DNA of 63,004 nucleotides, filler included, from Basidiobolus ranarum (Eukaryota): NCBI GenBank assembly GCA_040143965.1. It is 56 parts of 56 records of this genome, joined end to end, with 100 filler letters (N's around TTAATTAATTAA, not from the genome) between each part and the next. Parts side by side here need not be neighbours in the genome. Positions count along the whole stretch, not along the records: positions 1 to 1,033 come from JASJQH010013620.1; positions 1,134 to 2,166 come from JASJQH010013621.1; positions 2,267 to 3,299 come from JASJQH010013622.1; positions 3,400 to 4,432 come from JASJQH010013623.1; positions 4,533 to 5,565 come from JASJQH010013624.1; positions 5,666 to 6,698 come from JASJQH010013625.1; positions 6,799 to 7,830 come from JASJQH010013626.1; positions 7,931 to 8,962 come from JASJQH010013627.1; 48 more parts are not named here. One strand, 5' to 3'. Shown piece by piece: positions 1 to 11,326 of this stretch (position 1 is its first letter; each line of letters starts with the position of its first letter). The notes under the pieces were generated by a model. It saw only the letters and a program-made list of their open reading frames with translations, ran no database searches and was not told where the DNA came from. The position numbers and the translations under genes were made by a program.

Positions 1-838
1 ATCAACACTTTTAGCCATTGCTGTAGTGTTAGAAATAGGTTATACTTTTTCTCCCAGATTTTTATTAGCCAACTTGCGCTGCCAGTATCTATAACAAACT
101 GTTTCCATTCAACGATACTGCCAAGGAATTCGGTACACTATATCATTCTTCCAGTGAAGTGCGCTTGAAATATTGCCAGCTGACTCTTGCTGTAATCTAC
201 AGATATCGTGTCCTCAGCTATTCAAGGGTCACTACAACAATCCTGAGCCTAACAAACAAGCCGTCGCTAAAGATGGATGGTTCTAAACAGGGGCTACAGA
301 CAATCTTGTCAATGAGAACTTGTTAGAAGAACCAAGGATAGTAATATTCTTCGTGGTGTAAGTTATTACAGCAATGAACTCGAGGCTGCATATGACTGTA
401 CTAGAGCAAGATCAAGACGCCCAAAAAAGTATAGAAGCTAAAGCACACTTTCCTTTTAATACACCAAGATACCTCCAAGCTCTACTTTTCTACTTGCCAT
501 ATCCAAAATTTTAGCTTGAACCATAATGCAATTTTGTGGAAATGTAGGGAAGTAATTTTAAAAGAAGTTGTTTGAGTTTTACTACTTGTGTTGCAGAATA
601 ACAAGATCATACAGTATAATGCAACATTAAAAGTCAAATCATTGGGAGTATCAAAGGGAGATATGAGTACTTCTTTACCTTGTTCATTGGCAGGATGCTG
701 GTACAAATTTCAATGATTGGACAAATATTGACTTCGCTAAGTAGTAGTAAGCAACATTTAACCATTGCATGCTTCATTTTTTAATGAGTGCTATTAATGA
801 ATATTTACTAATTACATAATGTGTTGCTAATCCTATCT

Positions 839-1033
839 TTAGTTACACCTGCCGCACCTTGAGCCGGAGGATTCGGGCTCTTCCGGCTCTTCTGGCGAAG
901 AAGGCTGTTCTTGTTCAATGGGCTGCGAAGGCTGATATAATGTTTGATCTATTGTCTGTGCTTGATCAAACTGATTCGAATCGGACAGAGCATGGCCTGC
1001 TTGTGCTGAATTCCCTTGGACCTGATCAAATAA
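839..1033 (-). CDS. 3' end of an unknown host protein (Q/P/E/S-rich tail ending SGSRCGRCN*)
   Basis: Frame open from the contig edge to TAA at 841-839: LFDQVQGNSAQAGHALSDSNQFDQAQTIDQTLYQPSQPIEQEQPSSPEEPEEPESSGSRCGRCN; CpG-containing, with AT-rich DNA after the stop. Confidence 0.5.
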   Translation of the reverse strand, partial: LFDQVQGNSAQAGHALSDSNQFDQAQTIDQTLYQPSQPIEQEQPSSPEEPEEPESSGSRCGRCN

Positions 1034-1133
1034 NNNNNNNNNNNNNNNNNNNNNNNNNNNNNNNNNNNNNNNNNNNNTTAATTAATTAANNNNNNNNNNN
1101 NNNNNNNNNNNNNNNNNNNNNNNNNNNNNNNNN
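1034..1133. other. Artificial contig-joining linker (44 N + TTAATTAATTAA + 44 N); first of 55 identical linkers
   Basis: Identical 100-bp spacer recurs about every 1.13 kb; the 12-mer gives stops in all six frames; contig lengths fall monotonically from 1033 to 1020 bp. Confidence 0.99.
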
Positions 1134-1352
1134 AAAAGCATTAGGACGAAGCTCCGCTTGATTTGTGGGCCAGCATTTTTCCTTCTTTAGTTGCTCACAG
1201 TAAGCTATGCTACTGTAGATAGAATGTCGTGCTAGTTCGCTTCGAAAGGAGCGGTCAATTTCCACATATGCATTTCCCTTGGTTGGTAGAGCTTGAACTA
1301 GAAGCAGGGAAGCTGTAAAAGCCACAAGAACGGAGATCCAACGTTTTGTCAT
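1134..1352 (-). CDS. N-terminus of a secreted class 3 (fungal) lipase-like protein, partial
   Basis: Hydrophobic signal peptide, then ELARHSIYSSIAYC resembling the conserved helix (YSxxAYC) at the start of fungal lipases; TATA-like TATATAAG about 55 nt upstream on the minus strand; catalytic motif lies beyond the contig. Confidence 0.55.
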
Positions 1353-2266
1353 TGAGATATAAGCTATGAAGGTTTTTGATGATTTTAGTTGTAAACTTGC
1401 CGCTTATATATCAAGACTTTGGTAATCCTATCCGAAACTTACGACCAAAATTCTCTCCAGGAACTATATTAAACCGGATGCAAAGGTGGTTCTTAAAAAG
1501 TGCTACTTAGGACAACCATATTATAGATAAAGATTATTCAGATATCTCTCGCACACTGTCAACTTTCTCAGCGGCGTTTGAAGAAACCAGCTCTATACCT
1601 GCTTCATAATGCCTTGGGTACGCTTAAATTAGATCGATACACACAAGGCTCTGCTTTTTCTCAAACGATCTGGAAAACTGCTTTCATAGAGATTTACTAT
1701 TAAACTTCAAGAACCGATAAAATGCAAGGCACAAATATAAAAACTTGGCTATGGACTTGAGTAGTAAAGGCCGATATGTCTGTATGCACCTTTTAAGCCA
1801 TCACAATGGTGATGTAACAATGGATATCGCAAAGACTTCATTGAGTGTGTTTTAGGATGTTGGCAACAATTTGAGCCAACCTGGGTATTTTAGTCAGGTT
1901 TATCCTAGCATTCTTCAGCCCCAACGAGATAGAATTGCGTCTGTACTACTTCATTCTCTTGGCCCTGATGTATTTCAATCCTAGTACTACCCGAATATGG
2001 GAATAAGTAGAAGTCATATTATTACAAATTCTGGTAACAAGCTCAGGTTAAATATTGAAAATGTAGGTCAAAGAGACTCAATAAGTACCGCCCTCCACTC
2101 CACAACTTCTATATAAAATCTTCGCCTTCTATTTGTTGGTCAGTAGAGGGTTTCTACTAGGGCACCNNNNNNNNNNNNNNNNNNNNNNNNNNNNNNNNNN
2201 NNNNNNNNNNTTAATTAATTAANNNNNNNNNNNNNNNNNNNNNNNNNNNNNNNNNNNNNNNNNNNN

Positions 2267-3299
2267 TTCAACATGATAACTGATAGCACTTCACCAAATA
2301 GTCAGTCTAACATCAAACTTGGTATCAGCCATAAGCCTAAGATTATATTGCTAAAGGGGATCAGCTGGAGCCAGTGCTTCCCATTAGGCACTATGCACTT
2401 ACTATTCAACAACATTGCAATACTACTTACTCAGCTATATAGCGGAGAATTCAATTTGAATGAGTCATTCAAGATAAGATCAAAATTGGAATTGATTGGG
2501 AAAATGCTTGGAAACATCAAGACACCATCATATTTTACCAGGACTCCCATCAATATCCACTCATCTAGTTGTTTATTCAAATGCAAATACTGGAAGCATT
2601 GGATTTGAATATATTCAAGTGGAATTTTGAAAAGATATCTGCCTGATAAGTATTGGCAACTTTGGGAGTTGTTTGTTGATATTGTAAATATATTTGTACA
2701 GCATCAACTCACATTAGCAGATATCAGGCAGATACAGCAACTGTTCAAAGATTTTGTAATTGGATATGAGAAGCTTTATTACAGGCTTAAAGAAGATAGA
2801 CTGAATCTATGCCAGTATTCAATACATTCCCTGCTGCATCTTTCACAATGCTTAGAGATTATAGGCCCTTGCTATACATTCTGGGAGTTCCCAATGGAGC
2901 ACACCTGTGGTGAAATGATGCTCTGTGTGAAATTGTCAGTATTACCATATGCTAATCTGATTAACAATGTATCAGCAAAATCAGTGATGGATGTAATGCG
3001 ATGGGTTAAGGAGACTCCAGAGTATATTAACCTGCCAACAAAGGGCTCTTTTCAATGTGCTCACAGGTTTTTGCATTGTTTGAGCACAATTACAGCCACA
3101 AAGCCCAATCCATGGACACAGAGTAAGTACCTTTATAATCGGACTAATTTGCTTGTGTGATAATCTGATGGTATTTTTAGGAAAGCTGCAAGACAGACTT
3201 CTTGGTGAGATAGATGGAGATACGCAGTATTATTGTTTTAGCCATGGGGTAATCTATTCAAGCAATGACACATCTACTTGTGGCAGGACATTTGTTGAC
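2267..3299 (+). mobile_element. CACTA/EnSpm-like transposase fragment (degenerate), with intron at 3123-3180
   Basis: PLGTMHLLFNN and HSLLHL..GP.YTFWEFPME motifs of the Tnp2/EnSpm family; in-frame stop; GTAAGT..CTAAT..TTTTTAG intron. Confidence 0.85.
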
Positions 3300-3399
3300 N
3301 NNNNNNNNNNNNNNNNNNNNNNNNNNNNNNNNNNNNNNNNNNNTTAATTAATTAANNNNNNNNNNNNNNNNNNNNNNNNNNNNNNNNNNNNNNNNNNNN

Positions 3400-3740
3400 A
3401 TGTCTTGGTTATACATTTGATTGGGTAAGTTATAGTATAAATTGTTTATTGTTACACATTCAGTAATTTATAAGTTACAAACTAGGGGATGAACTTGCTT
3501 TGTCAGTTACCCAAATTTTAATTTGGCAATACTAAATTGGGTAATTTGGTACAGGCTGGCACAATATCTACAATATAATCATCGTGTCTGATTGTGGTGA
3601 GATAGTGCCATATTGTTCCTTATAGTGTTCAATCAAGTGTTATAGGACCCAGCCATAGTAATTGACAGATCACACCAGATGGTGTGCTAGCAGGCTGGAT
3701 TGAGTGGCCCAATCTGACCTGGTCTGATGGAACAAGTCTA
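3400..3740 (-). mobile_element. Terminus of unclassified repeat E (end TAGACTTG) inserted in CACTA transposase
   Basis: Reverse complement of 59783-60130, 30526-30865 and 8675-8955. Confidence 0.7.
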
Positions 3741-4432
3741 ATGCAAAAACCCATGGGCACATGGAAAAGAGCCCTTTGTCGGAAGGTTAATAGTCTCTGG
3801 AGTCTCCTTAACCTATTGCATTAGATCCATCACTGATTTGGACGACACATTGTTAATCAGATCAGCATATGGTACTACTGATGATTTCATAATAGAGCAT
3901 CATTTCACCACAGGTGCACTCCATTAGGAACTCACGCAATGTAAGATAATATGATATCTTAATGTTTTCAAGCATTTTCCCAATTGATTCAACTTTGATC
4001 CTATCTCAAATGGCTCATTTGTATTGAATTTTCCACTATATAGCTGAGTAAGATGTATTGGAATATTATTGACTAGTAGGTAGACAGTGCCTAATGGGAA
4101 GCTCTGGCTCCAGCTGATCCCCTTCAGTAATATAATCTTAGGCTTGTGGCTAATACCAAGTTTAAAATTAAACCGCCTATTTAGTGAATTGATATCAGTG
4201 ATCATGTTGAAATCTGACCAGCTCTTGATGGTAAAATCATGGAGTTTTGTTTTCTATTACAATCGCAGTAATGCATATGCACAATAGAGTAGACTCCATT
4301 GATTTGACAAAATCTACAGCAAGATAGTGCATTGTACCCATGAAAACCTCCAAATTTACTGACGGCAGTAGTGTCACCAATACATACAATGATGTTAGCT
4401 TTAATAAAATATGGACCCATCTCATATCCATT
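3741..4432 (-). mobile_element. CACTA-like transposase fragment with internal deletions
   Basis: IVCIGDT..SKFGGFHGYNALSCCRFC and KGISWSQSFPLGT; homologous to the other copies. Confidence 0.85.
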
Positions 4433-4532
4433 NNNNNNNNNNNNNNNNNNNNNNNNNNNNNNNNNNNNNNNNNNNNTTAATTAATTAANNNNNNNNNNNN
4501 NNNNNNNNNNNNNNNNNNNNNNNNNNNNNNNN

Positions 4533-5036
4533 GGTAACAAGAGTCAGCTATTTGCCAAGTCTCAGTGCTATTCAAAATTTCAGATGTTTAGCAATTTTTC
4601 CACCATTAGTTTGCTGGTTAAGCATATTGATGTTGTTGAGGTATGTCTAATCAGTCAAGTATGTGCATATGTATAGACTAAACACAACAAGATTCTTGTA
4701 TTTTTTGATTCTCATTATGGCTGGAATACAAAGCCTAAAATAACTAAATAAAAGCATGAATATTAATTCAAATTCCTACATCAGTAAACCCAGTAATTTG
4801 CCATTTGAAAATTATATTTTTGCAAAAATTGCCGGATATTGAATAATGCATGCCTAATTTGAGGGTCAATATTTTATCATGTATGAATACTGTCAAGATA
4901 CCATCAAGAAACCACCTTCACACCATCAAAATCCCTGGCAGAATGCAAGCCACCAATATTGTGATGGTTCTCTGATGGTTTTACTCTTTTGGAGAGTGGA
5001 TCCAAGGTGGATCAAATCAATTTTATTTTGTAAGGG
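4533..5036 (+). mobile_element. CACTA-like transposase C-terminus and right end (..TTTTGTAAGGG)
   Basis: ..YGWNTKPKITK* followed by the conserved subterminal region shared with six other contigs. Confidence 0.85.
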
Positions 5037-5424
5037 CACATATCTAAGCATTTAGTCAAATGCTAAGACTGGAAGTATTGGATTTGTATATATTCAAGTG
5101 GAATCTAGAAAAGAATTCTGCCTGATAAGTATTGGCAACATTGGGAGTTGTTTGTGCATGTTGCTAATATATTTTTATGATATCAACTCACATTGGCAGA
5201 TCTCAGGCAGATACAGCAACTGTGCAAAGATTTTGTAATTGGATAGAAAAAACTTTATTCCAGGTTTAAGGAAGATAGACCAAATCTATGCCAGTATTCA
5301 ATACATTCCCTGCTGCATCTTTCACAATGCTTAGAGATTATAGGTCCTTGCTATACATTTTGGGAGTTCCCAATGGAGCACACCTGTGGTGAAATGATGC
5401 TTTTTTTGAAAATGTCAGTATTAC
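5037..5424 (+). mobile_element. Second CACTA-like transposase copy, the target of the preceding insertion
   Basis: DWKYWICIYSSG..HSLLHLSQCLEIIGPCYTFWEFPME. Confidence 0.85.
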
Positions 5425-5565
5425 TGTTGGAGGATCTAGACATAATGGGGGTAGACTTTGAGTATTAGAAGCAGCTTATGATAGTGTGTTTTAGTTACTT
5501 TATTCTTAAGAGTATATGGTAACTTATATAGTAGAAAAGTAAATCAATTGTTTGAGATATTCAGG
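5425..5565 (-). repeat. Copia LTR type B, 3' part
   Basis: Starts TGTTGGAGGATC; reverse complement of the end of 26171-26487. Confidence 0.85.
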
Positions 5566-5665
5566 NNNNNNNNNNNNNNNNNNNNNNNNNNNNNNNNNNN
5601 NNNNNNNNNTTAATTAATTAANNNNNNNNNNNNNNNNNNNNNNNNNNNNNNNNNNNNNNNNNNNN

Positions 5666-6500
5666 ACTCTAATATATTGATCCAAGGTCCAATAAATCCT
5701 GGCACAATGGAACAAGTCCATTGATCTTTGTTGTCATCTGAGGTCCTTATGGGAGAAGATTTTTCATCATTATTGAACAAATCATCCCTGGACTGGATTA
5801 ATTTGGAAATTTTGGTATCATAGAGTCTGCAGGCCTTAGTTTGAGTACAATAACCTAGAAATATACATTTCTTACTCTTTGGATTAAATTTAGACTAATT
5901 TTGGTCAAAATTTGACACAAGGAATACATCCAAAGATCTTCAAATGTTTTACATTGGTTTCAACTCCAAACCAAGCTTGATATGGTGTAGAGTTAGACAG
6001 ACTTCTAGTAAAACTCCTATTCCTCAGATATTTAGTTTTAGCAAAATATTCTGCCCATAAGCTATGACATAAATTTTGTACATTTGTTATACATCTTGCC
6101 ATTTGTATTGTAGTCTGAATGGCCCATTCAGCAACTCCATTTTCTTGAGGCAAATAGGGGGCAGTAGTTGCTTACTTATTTGCATGAACTTTGCACAAGT
6201 GCTTAAGTCATGTTGAGGTATGTTCTCCACCATTATCAGAATGTATTTTCTGGATTTAAGTTCCAGTTTCAGTCTCCCCAAGTGTTTTAAAATCTCTAAA
6301 GATAGAGACAGCTTCTTCTTTTCTTTCCATAAATTAGACCCCCATGTATCTTGTATAATCATCAATTAGTTTGATTAAATATCTTTTTCTGCCTAAAGAT
6401 AAATTTAGCATAGGTACACACAAATCTGAATGAATTAGATCCAATTTTTTCACAGATTTGATTAAACTAGAGCTCTTGACCAGTTGCCTGGCTTGTTTAC
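5666..6500 (-). mobile_element. Ty1/copia integrase region, degenerate
   Basis: DLIHSDLC, SDNGGE, PQENGVAE, LWAE, TPYQAW..HLKIFGC. Confidence 0.9.
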
Positions 6501-6607
6501 TATATATATATAACCCTCACAAATTTCCATTTTGGCTGGGGGTTAATTTGAATTTCAGAACTTGGGTGATTTTTGATTGGTTTGCTCTGTTAAAGTATTT
6601 GGGAGCC

Positions 6608-6698
6608 TGTTGGAAGTGGTTTGGAGAGTTAGAGGAATTGGTGGTTTTCACTTATTGATTTATTGAGTAGAAAGTTGACATTTATAGTTTTGTCAAGA
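6608..6698 (-). repeat. Copia LTR type A, 3' end
   Basis: Matches the end of 31939-32266 (..ACTTCCAACA), followed by GGCTCC on the minus strand. Confidence 0.8.
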
Positions 6699-6798
6699 NN
6701 NNNNNNNNNNNNNNNNNNNNNNNNNNNNNNNNNNNNNNNNNNTTAATTAATTAANNNNNNNNNNNNNNNNNNNNNNNNNNNNNNNNNNNNNNNNNNNN

Positions 6799-7731
6799 TC
6801 ATTGGAACATTCCATGCAACCTAACCAAACATGTCATCCCACACATTGTGTATTTCCACCAAGACCTTCCATGGAAGGTCACCTGATCATCCTTACATCA
6901 TCCCTCTTTGTATTGGTCCTTATAGTCCATACATCTAACTCAGCTTCAGCAAGAAAATCAAGAACTTCATACTTCTATTGCTCAAGTACAGAATCCAGCT
7001 CCACCCAACTATACTGCAATTCCAACTCCTGAACCCAAAATCTCCCTCCCAAATAAGTTTGATGGCACTCATCAAAACTATTGTGGTTTTATTAACCAAG
7101 TAAAGCTCATCATCCAGTTACATCCCCATCACTACCCCTCTGACCAAACAAAAGTAGGCTTAGCGGGAACACCATTATCAGGAACAGCACTATCTTGGTT
7201 TGCTCCTTTGATGGAAAGTCAATCTCCACTTCTTTCAAACTTCCTGGCCTGTCTTGCTGAAATAGAGGCCACATTTGGAAATGCAGATAAAGAAACAACT
7301 TCAGCCACCAACACTACCAACTCCAAGATAATTTTAGGGATCTTTTACTCACTATGGCTGATCCAGTGACCTTGACTGATGCTATCCACCAGGCAGTTAA
7401 ATGTGACAACTGGTTGTTTCAAAGACAACAACAAAGAAATATGGTTTCTTTCTTCTCTCCTTCATCATCTACTTTCAGACCCCCCTTCCATCAAACCCAA
7501 AATACAGCTTAAGCTGATGACCCAATGCAAATTGATGGAACTTGCTTCAGAAAGCTTAGCCCTGAAGAGCAATATCAATGCTAACAAGAGAATCTGTGCC
7601 TCTATTGTGGAGCACCTGGACATGTAGCAACAACCTGTCCAAAGAAAAATCCTGGATTTAAGATCAACAATATGCATGTACAAGAGAACTCTTCCCAACC
7701 ATTGGAAAACTTCAACGCCCAGCTGCAATAA
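6799..7731 (+). mobile_element. Gypsy LTR type C fragment joined to a Tf1/sushi-type gag (degenerate)
   Basis: 6799-6930 matches LTR-C; gag motifs PNKFDG, LSGTALSWF, DPMQID and CCHC knuckle CLYCGAPGHVATTCP; stop at 7729-7731. Confidence 0.85.
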
Positions 7732-7732
7732 T

Positions 7733-7830
7733 TGTTGAAATTAGCATTGCCTAAACACCTATATAGTCATATATAGCTTAGTACTTAGTTATCTTATAAT
7801 TCACTAAGATATTATCAATTGTTCTCAATT
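7733..7830 (+). repeat. Copia LTR type A, 5' end
   Basis: TGTTGAAATTAGCATTGCCTAA start. Confidence 0.85.
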
Positions 7831-7930
7831 NNNNNNNNNNNNNNNNNNNNNNNNNNNNNNNNNNNNNNNNNNNNTTAATTAATTAANNNNNNNNNNNNNN
7901 NNNNNNNNNNNNNNNNNNNNNNNNNNNNNN

Positions 7931-8600
7931 TTTGCTTCATATACTGATAATCTCACATCGAGCACCCCAGATCCCCTCCAATAGAATTCTCTGGAACTTT
8001 CCAGAAATTCTCATTAGTAATCATATCTACTTTCAGAAAAGTATAAATAGGGCCATATCTTTTCAAATAAACATCATCCTGGTTTTCAACTAACAATTAC
8101 TACTTGTGATCACCTCTTATTTTCATCACCGCTTACAAGACCTTTGAAGAGGCAGCTCAAGAGAGATCACTAGAGGCAGTTACCGGCTACTGTGTGACTA
8201 GAAAGGACTTGACCGGCTCAAAGGAAGTACTGACAGGTAGGTTTTATATTTCTGATACTTTGTATTTTTTCCCTAACTTTGTCTGCATAGGCAAGGAAAT
8301 TTTTCATCTCCTTGGATAAATCACTACTAGTGCAACCCTATTCAAGACCCTGCTGGCTGAGTTTACAGTTGTTTTTGATTGCATATACCCTTTTTATCTG
8401 ATCATTCTCAAAGGATACTGAAGCCAGTATATTCTTTTGTCAGGTGACAGCATATTATATAACAGAAAGCTGGACATTGCATTGTGGTTTATCAGTCTTT
8501 AGACATTTCTAGAGGCTTGATTCCCTTTCACAAAGACCCAAGAGGCAAGAGACAGGCCTATATTACAGTAGATCTCAGAGTTATTCAACCATGGTTATCC
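7931..8600 (+). mobile_element. Probable LTR type D (3' part) and leader of an LTR retrotransposon
   Basis: Overlaps the reverse complement of 21501-21560; TATAAATA at 8042, AATAAA at 8066, candidate end ..CTTACA near 8138; 8283-8505 homologous to the LTR-C leader at 53823-54036. Confidence 0.55.
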
Positions 8601-8674
8601 CACCCTTTGAACACCTCACAAAACCCTTAGGATATTGCAGTTATAGTTGCTGCTTACACCATAAAACAACTACA

Positions 8675-8962
8675 ACAATCTGTCAATTACCATGGCTGGG
8701 TCCTATAACACTTGATTGGACACTATAAGGAACAATATGGCACTATCCCACCACAATTGGACACAATGATTTTATTGGAGATATCATGCCAGCCCGTACT
8801 AAGTTACCCAATTTAGTATTGTTGAATTACAATTTTGGGTAACTGACAAAATAAGTTCATCCCCTAGTTTGTAACATACAAATTACTTAATGCGTAACAA
8901 TAAACAATTTATACTGTAACTTACCCAATCAAATATATAACCAAGACATTCACATGTTTTTA
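8675..8962 (+). mobile_element. Repeat E subterminal fragment
   Basis: Closely similar to 59850-60135 and 30590-30870. Confidence 0.75.
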
Positions 8963-9062
8963 NNNNNNNNNNNNNNNNNNNNNNNNNNNNNNNNNNNNNN
9001 NNNNNNTTAATTAATTAANNNNNNNNNNNNNNNNNNNNNNNNNNNNNNNNNNNNNNNNNNNN

Positions 9063-9231
9063 GGTGTTTACGGTTCCATGTAGGAAGCTCTTTGCAACAT
9101 CTCAACTGTGCATCGAGTGTTTCGCTTTGTAGCCATTTCCGTTGCCAAACAGTAAAGTCTGCATACTGAATGGTTGGATCAGGCAATGGAGATGCAAGAC
9201 CAAGTGAATTAGACAGGTACAAAGCAGTCAT
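9063..9231 (-). pseudogene. Short relic of an NRPS condensation domain
   Basis: SPLPDPTIQYADFTVWQRKWLQSETLDAQL is the conserved C-domain segment; similarity is lost on both sides. Confidence 0.75.
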
Positions 9232-9863
9232 CTAGTACAATTATGCATCTATCCTTAGTACCACGGTGAACCATATTCTTTCAGGTTGCTTTATTAATTG
9301 CTCCTTATGCTTAATTGCTCCTTATGCCGATTCCTAAATGCCCATTCTATTTTACCAAGGCCCGATATCGGCAAATAGCATGCAAAAGAGCCGAGTTATG
9401 AATTCCAGATTATGGTAACTTTCTCAAGGACAATATCCAAATACGAAGAAGATCACCAATAGAAATACCATATATGTCTACATTAGTATCGGAGTATGTT
9501 CCACCAAAACATTACCTGAATCAACACTGGTTGTAGTTAATAATAACCTTACAGAGAGTATGCACACTTGTAACGCAGAGATGATTAATAAATTCTCATC
9601 ACTAACTCTAACCAGCACATAGTGTAGCATCGGATCCGTTGCTTTGTGTCTAGGTGTTCTGTTAACTAGAAATAAATCTTCTATATTGGCTGCTAAAATG
9701 TGAAAGAAAAGTGGCACCAACTTACGCAATATGATTCTCCGGTAACTATGTGTCATTCATTCCGTATGTTCTGTCGTACCAAGGTCTAGTCTGACATAAC
9801 ATTTTGACATAAAAGAGCATTAAACGTTTCTAAAGTTCTACAACAAGCCATCTCTCTGCAAAT

Positions 9864-10094
9864 ATGTTTACCAGAACTGTTATCCTTGCTCTCGCTTTCT
9901 GTGGACTGACTCTCGGTGCTACCCAATTCTCCATTGAGTGTGGATCCGCTGCCCAGAAGTGCTCAAGCTCTATTTCTCTCGGCACCAGAAGCTGCTATGT
10001 TTCCGGAACTACCGTTCAGTGCACCGACCAGAATGTGAAGTGCCAAGCCCAGGGCTGGATGAACTACACCAACTGCAAATCATGCTCCCTTATT
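9864..10094 (+). CDS. Small secreted cysteine-rich protein, 3' end cut by the contig edge
   Basis: Signal peptide MFTRTVILALAFCGLTLG; 7 Cys in 59 following residues; C/T-ending codon bias like that of the PDC gene; A-rich context before ATG. Confidence 0.75.
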
Positions 10095-11326
10095 NNNNNN
10101 NNNNNNNNNNNNNNNNNNNNNNNNNNNNNNNNNNNNNNTTAATTAATTAANNNNNNNNNNNNNNNNNNNNNNNNNNNNNNNNNNNNNNNNNNNNCTTTGT
10201 TAGAACAGGGGAATAGTACCAATCTCGATTAACTCTCTTGGTATTTATATTTCATTGAATGCTATCTTATTTATTTATTGCCCTAAATGCGAATATCGAG
10301 TTAAACATAAACTAACCTACTCCCCGCAACTGTGACACTACTAATTTACCGGGATTTTTGGATTGAACGCTAGGGTATCAGAAAACAAGCCAAATGTAGT
10401 TACGCTTGCTATACTAATCCAATGTGAAGAAAATAATGCTGACAATACCGGATAAACTATTGTTCATTAGCATGAAGGACTTCTTATCCATCTTCCTTTT
10501 ATTTCGAATTGGTTATTGCTACACCGAATAATGATTCATGAAAACTCCATAGATATATGCACTTCACTGGAATATCATATATGTTAAAATACATAAAAAA
10601 GGGTAGGTTGCAATGAAGTTACACACTGAGATATTACAAGAATTGGACTTCGAGACGTCATATATAAGAATACTGAACATCAATATTTTAAAGTAATATA
10701 TCGCTGTAACATTGGTAACCGCCAATAGGTGTGAACTGCGTAATTATTTAGCATAATTACCCCAACTTCATTCAATTGACATCTAGGATGAACTTTTTGA
10801 CATAATATATCAAGAGATCAGAGCCTTCCTTCACATAGTCAGCAATATATTTTATATGTGAAGTTGTAGATGTTGTTAAATTGGAAAAGTAATAGGAGAG
10901 GTAAATGGTGCCTTAGAAGCCCGTTCCTTTAGTCTATTATTATGAATGTGTAGATATCTATAGCTGAACTTTTCTCTTGTGAATATTTGGTCCACAATAT
11001 AATGATAAACTATTTTTAACCAAAAGTCATCTTCATATTTAGCTCAACTGTAAGAAGTAGTCAGTGAATAGATATAGAGGGAGTCATTCTCAATGCTATG
11101 CATTCTATTTCTCCTTTGAATACTCTTTAGTCAAAAATATGTGGCAATACTGGAATAAACCACCTAAATATTCATGTGATATTTTGCATACTTGTTGCTT
11201 ATTCCACCAATATTTCACAAGTGAAANNNNNNNNNNNNNNNNNNNNNNNNNNNNNNNNNNNNNNNNNNNNTTAATTAATTAANNNNNNNNNNNNNNNNNN
11301 NNNNNNNNNNNNNNNNNNNNNNNNNN

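Noticed and set aside
60..170. Minus-strand QFVIDTGSASWL resembling an aspartic protease motif
   Set aside because: Stop codon 15 codons upstream and no further supporting motifs; at best a decayed pseudogene
1078..1089. Regularly spaced TTAATTAATTAA repeat, superficially array- or CRISPR-like
   Set aside because: Always flanked by exactly 44 N on each side; it is a synthetic stop-codon linker
8056..8155. Possible self-priming pairing for LTR-D (CTTTTCAAA with TTTGAAGAG)
   Set aside because: Only 9 nt with a G:U pair, too close to the TATA box, single copy, and LTR end uncertain
10195..11226. Contig with a 72-aa edge ORF; likewise 50769-51791
   Set aside because: No recognisable motifs, repeats or RNA genes; looks like ordinary intergenic DNA
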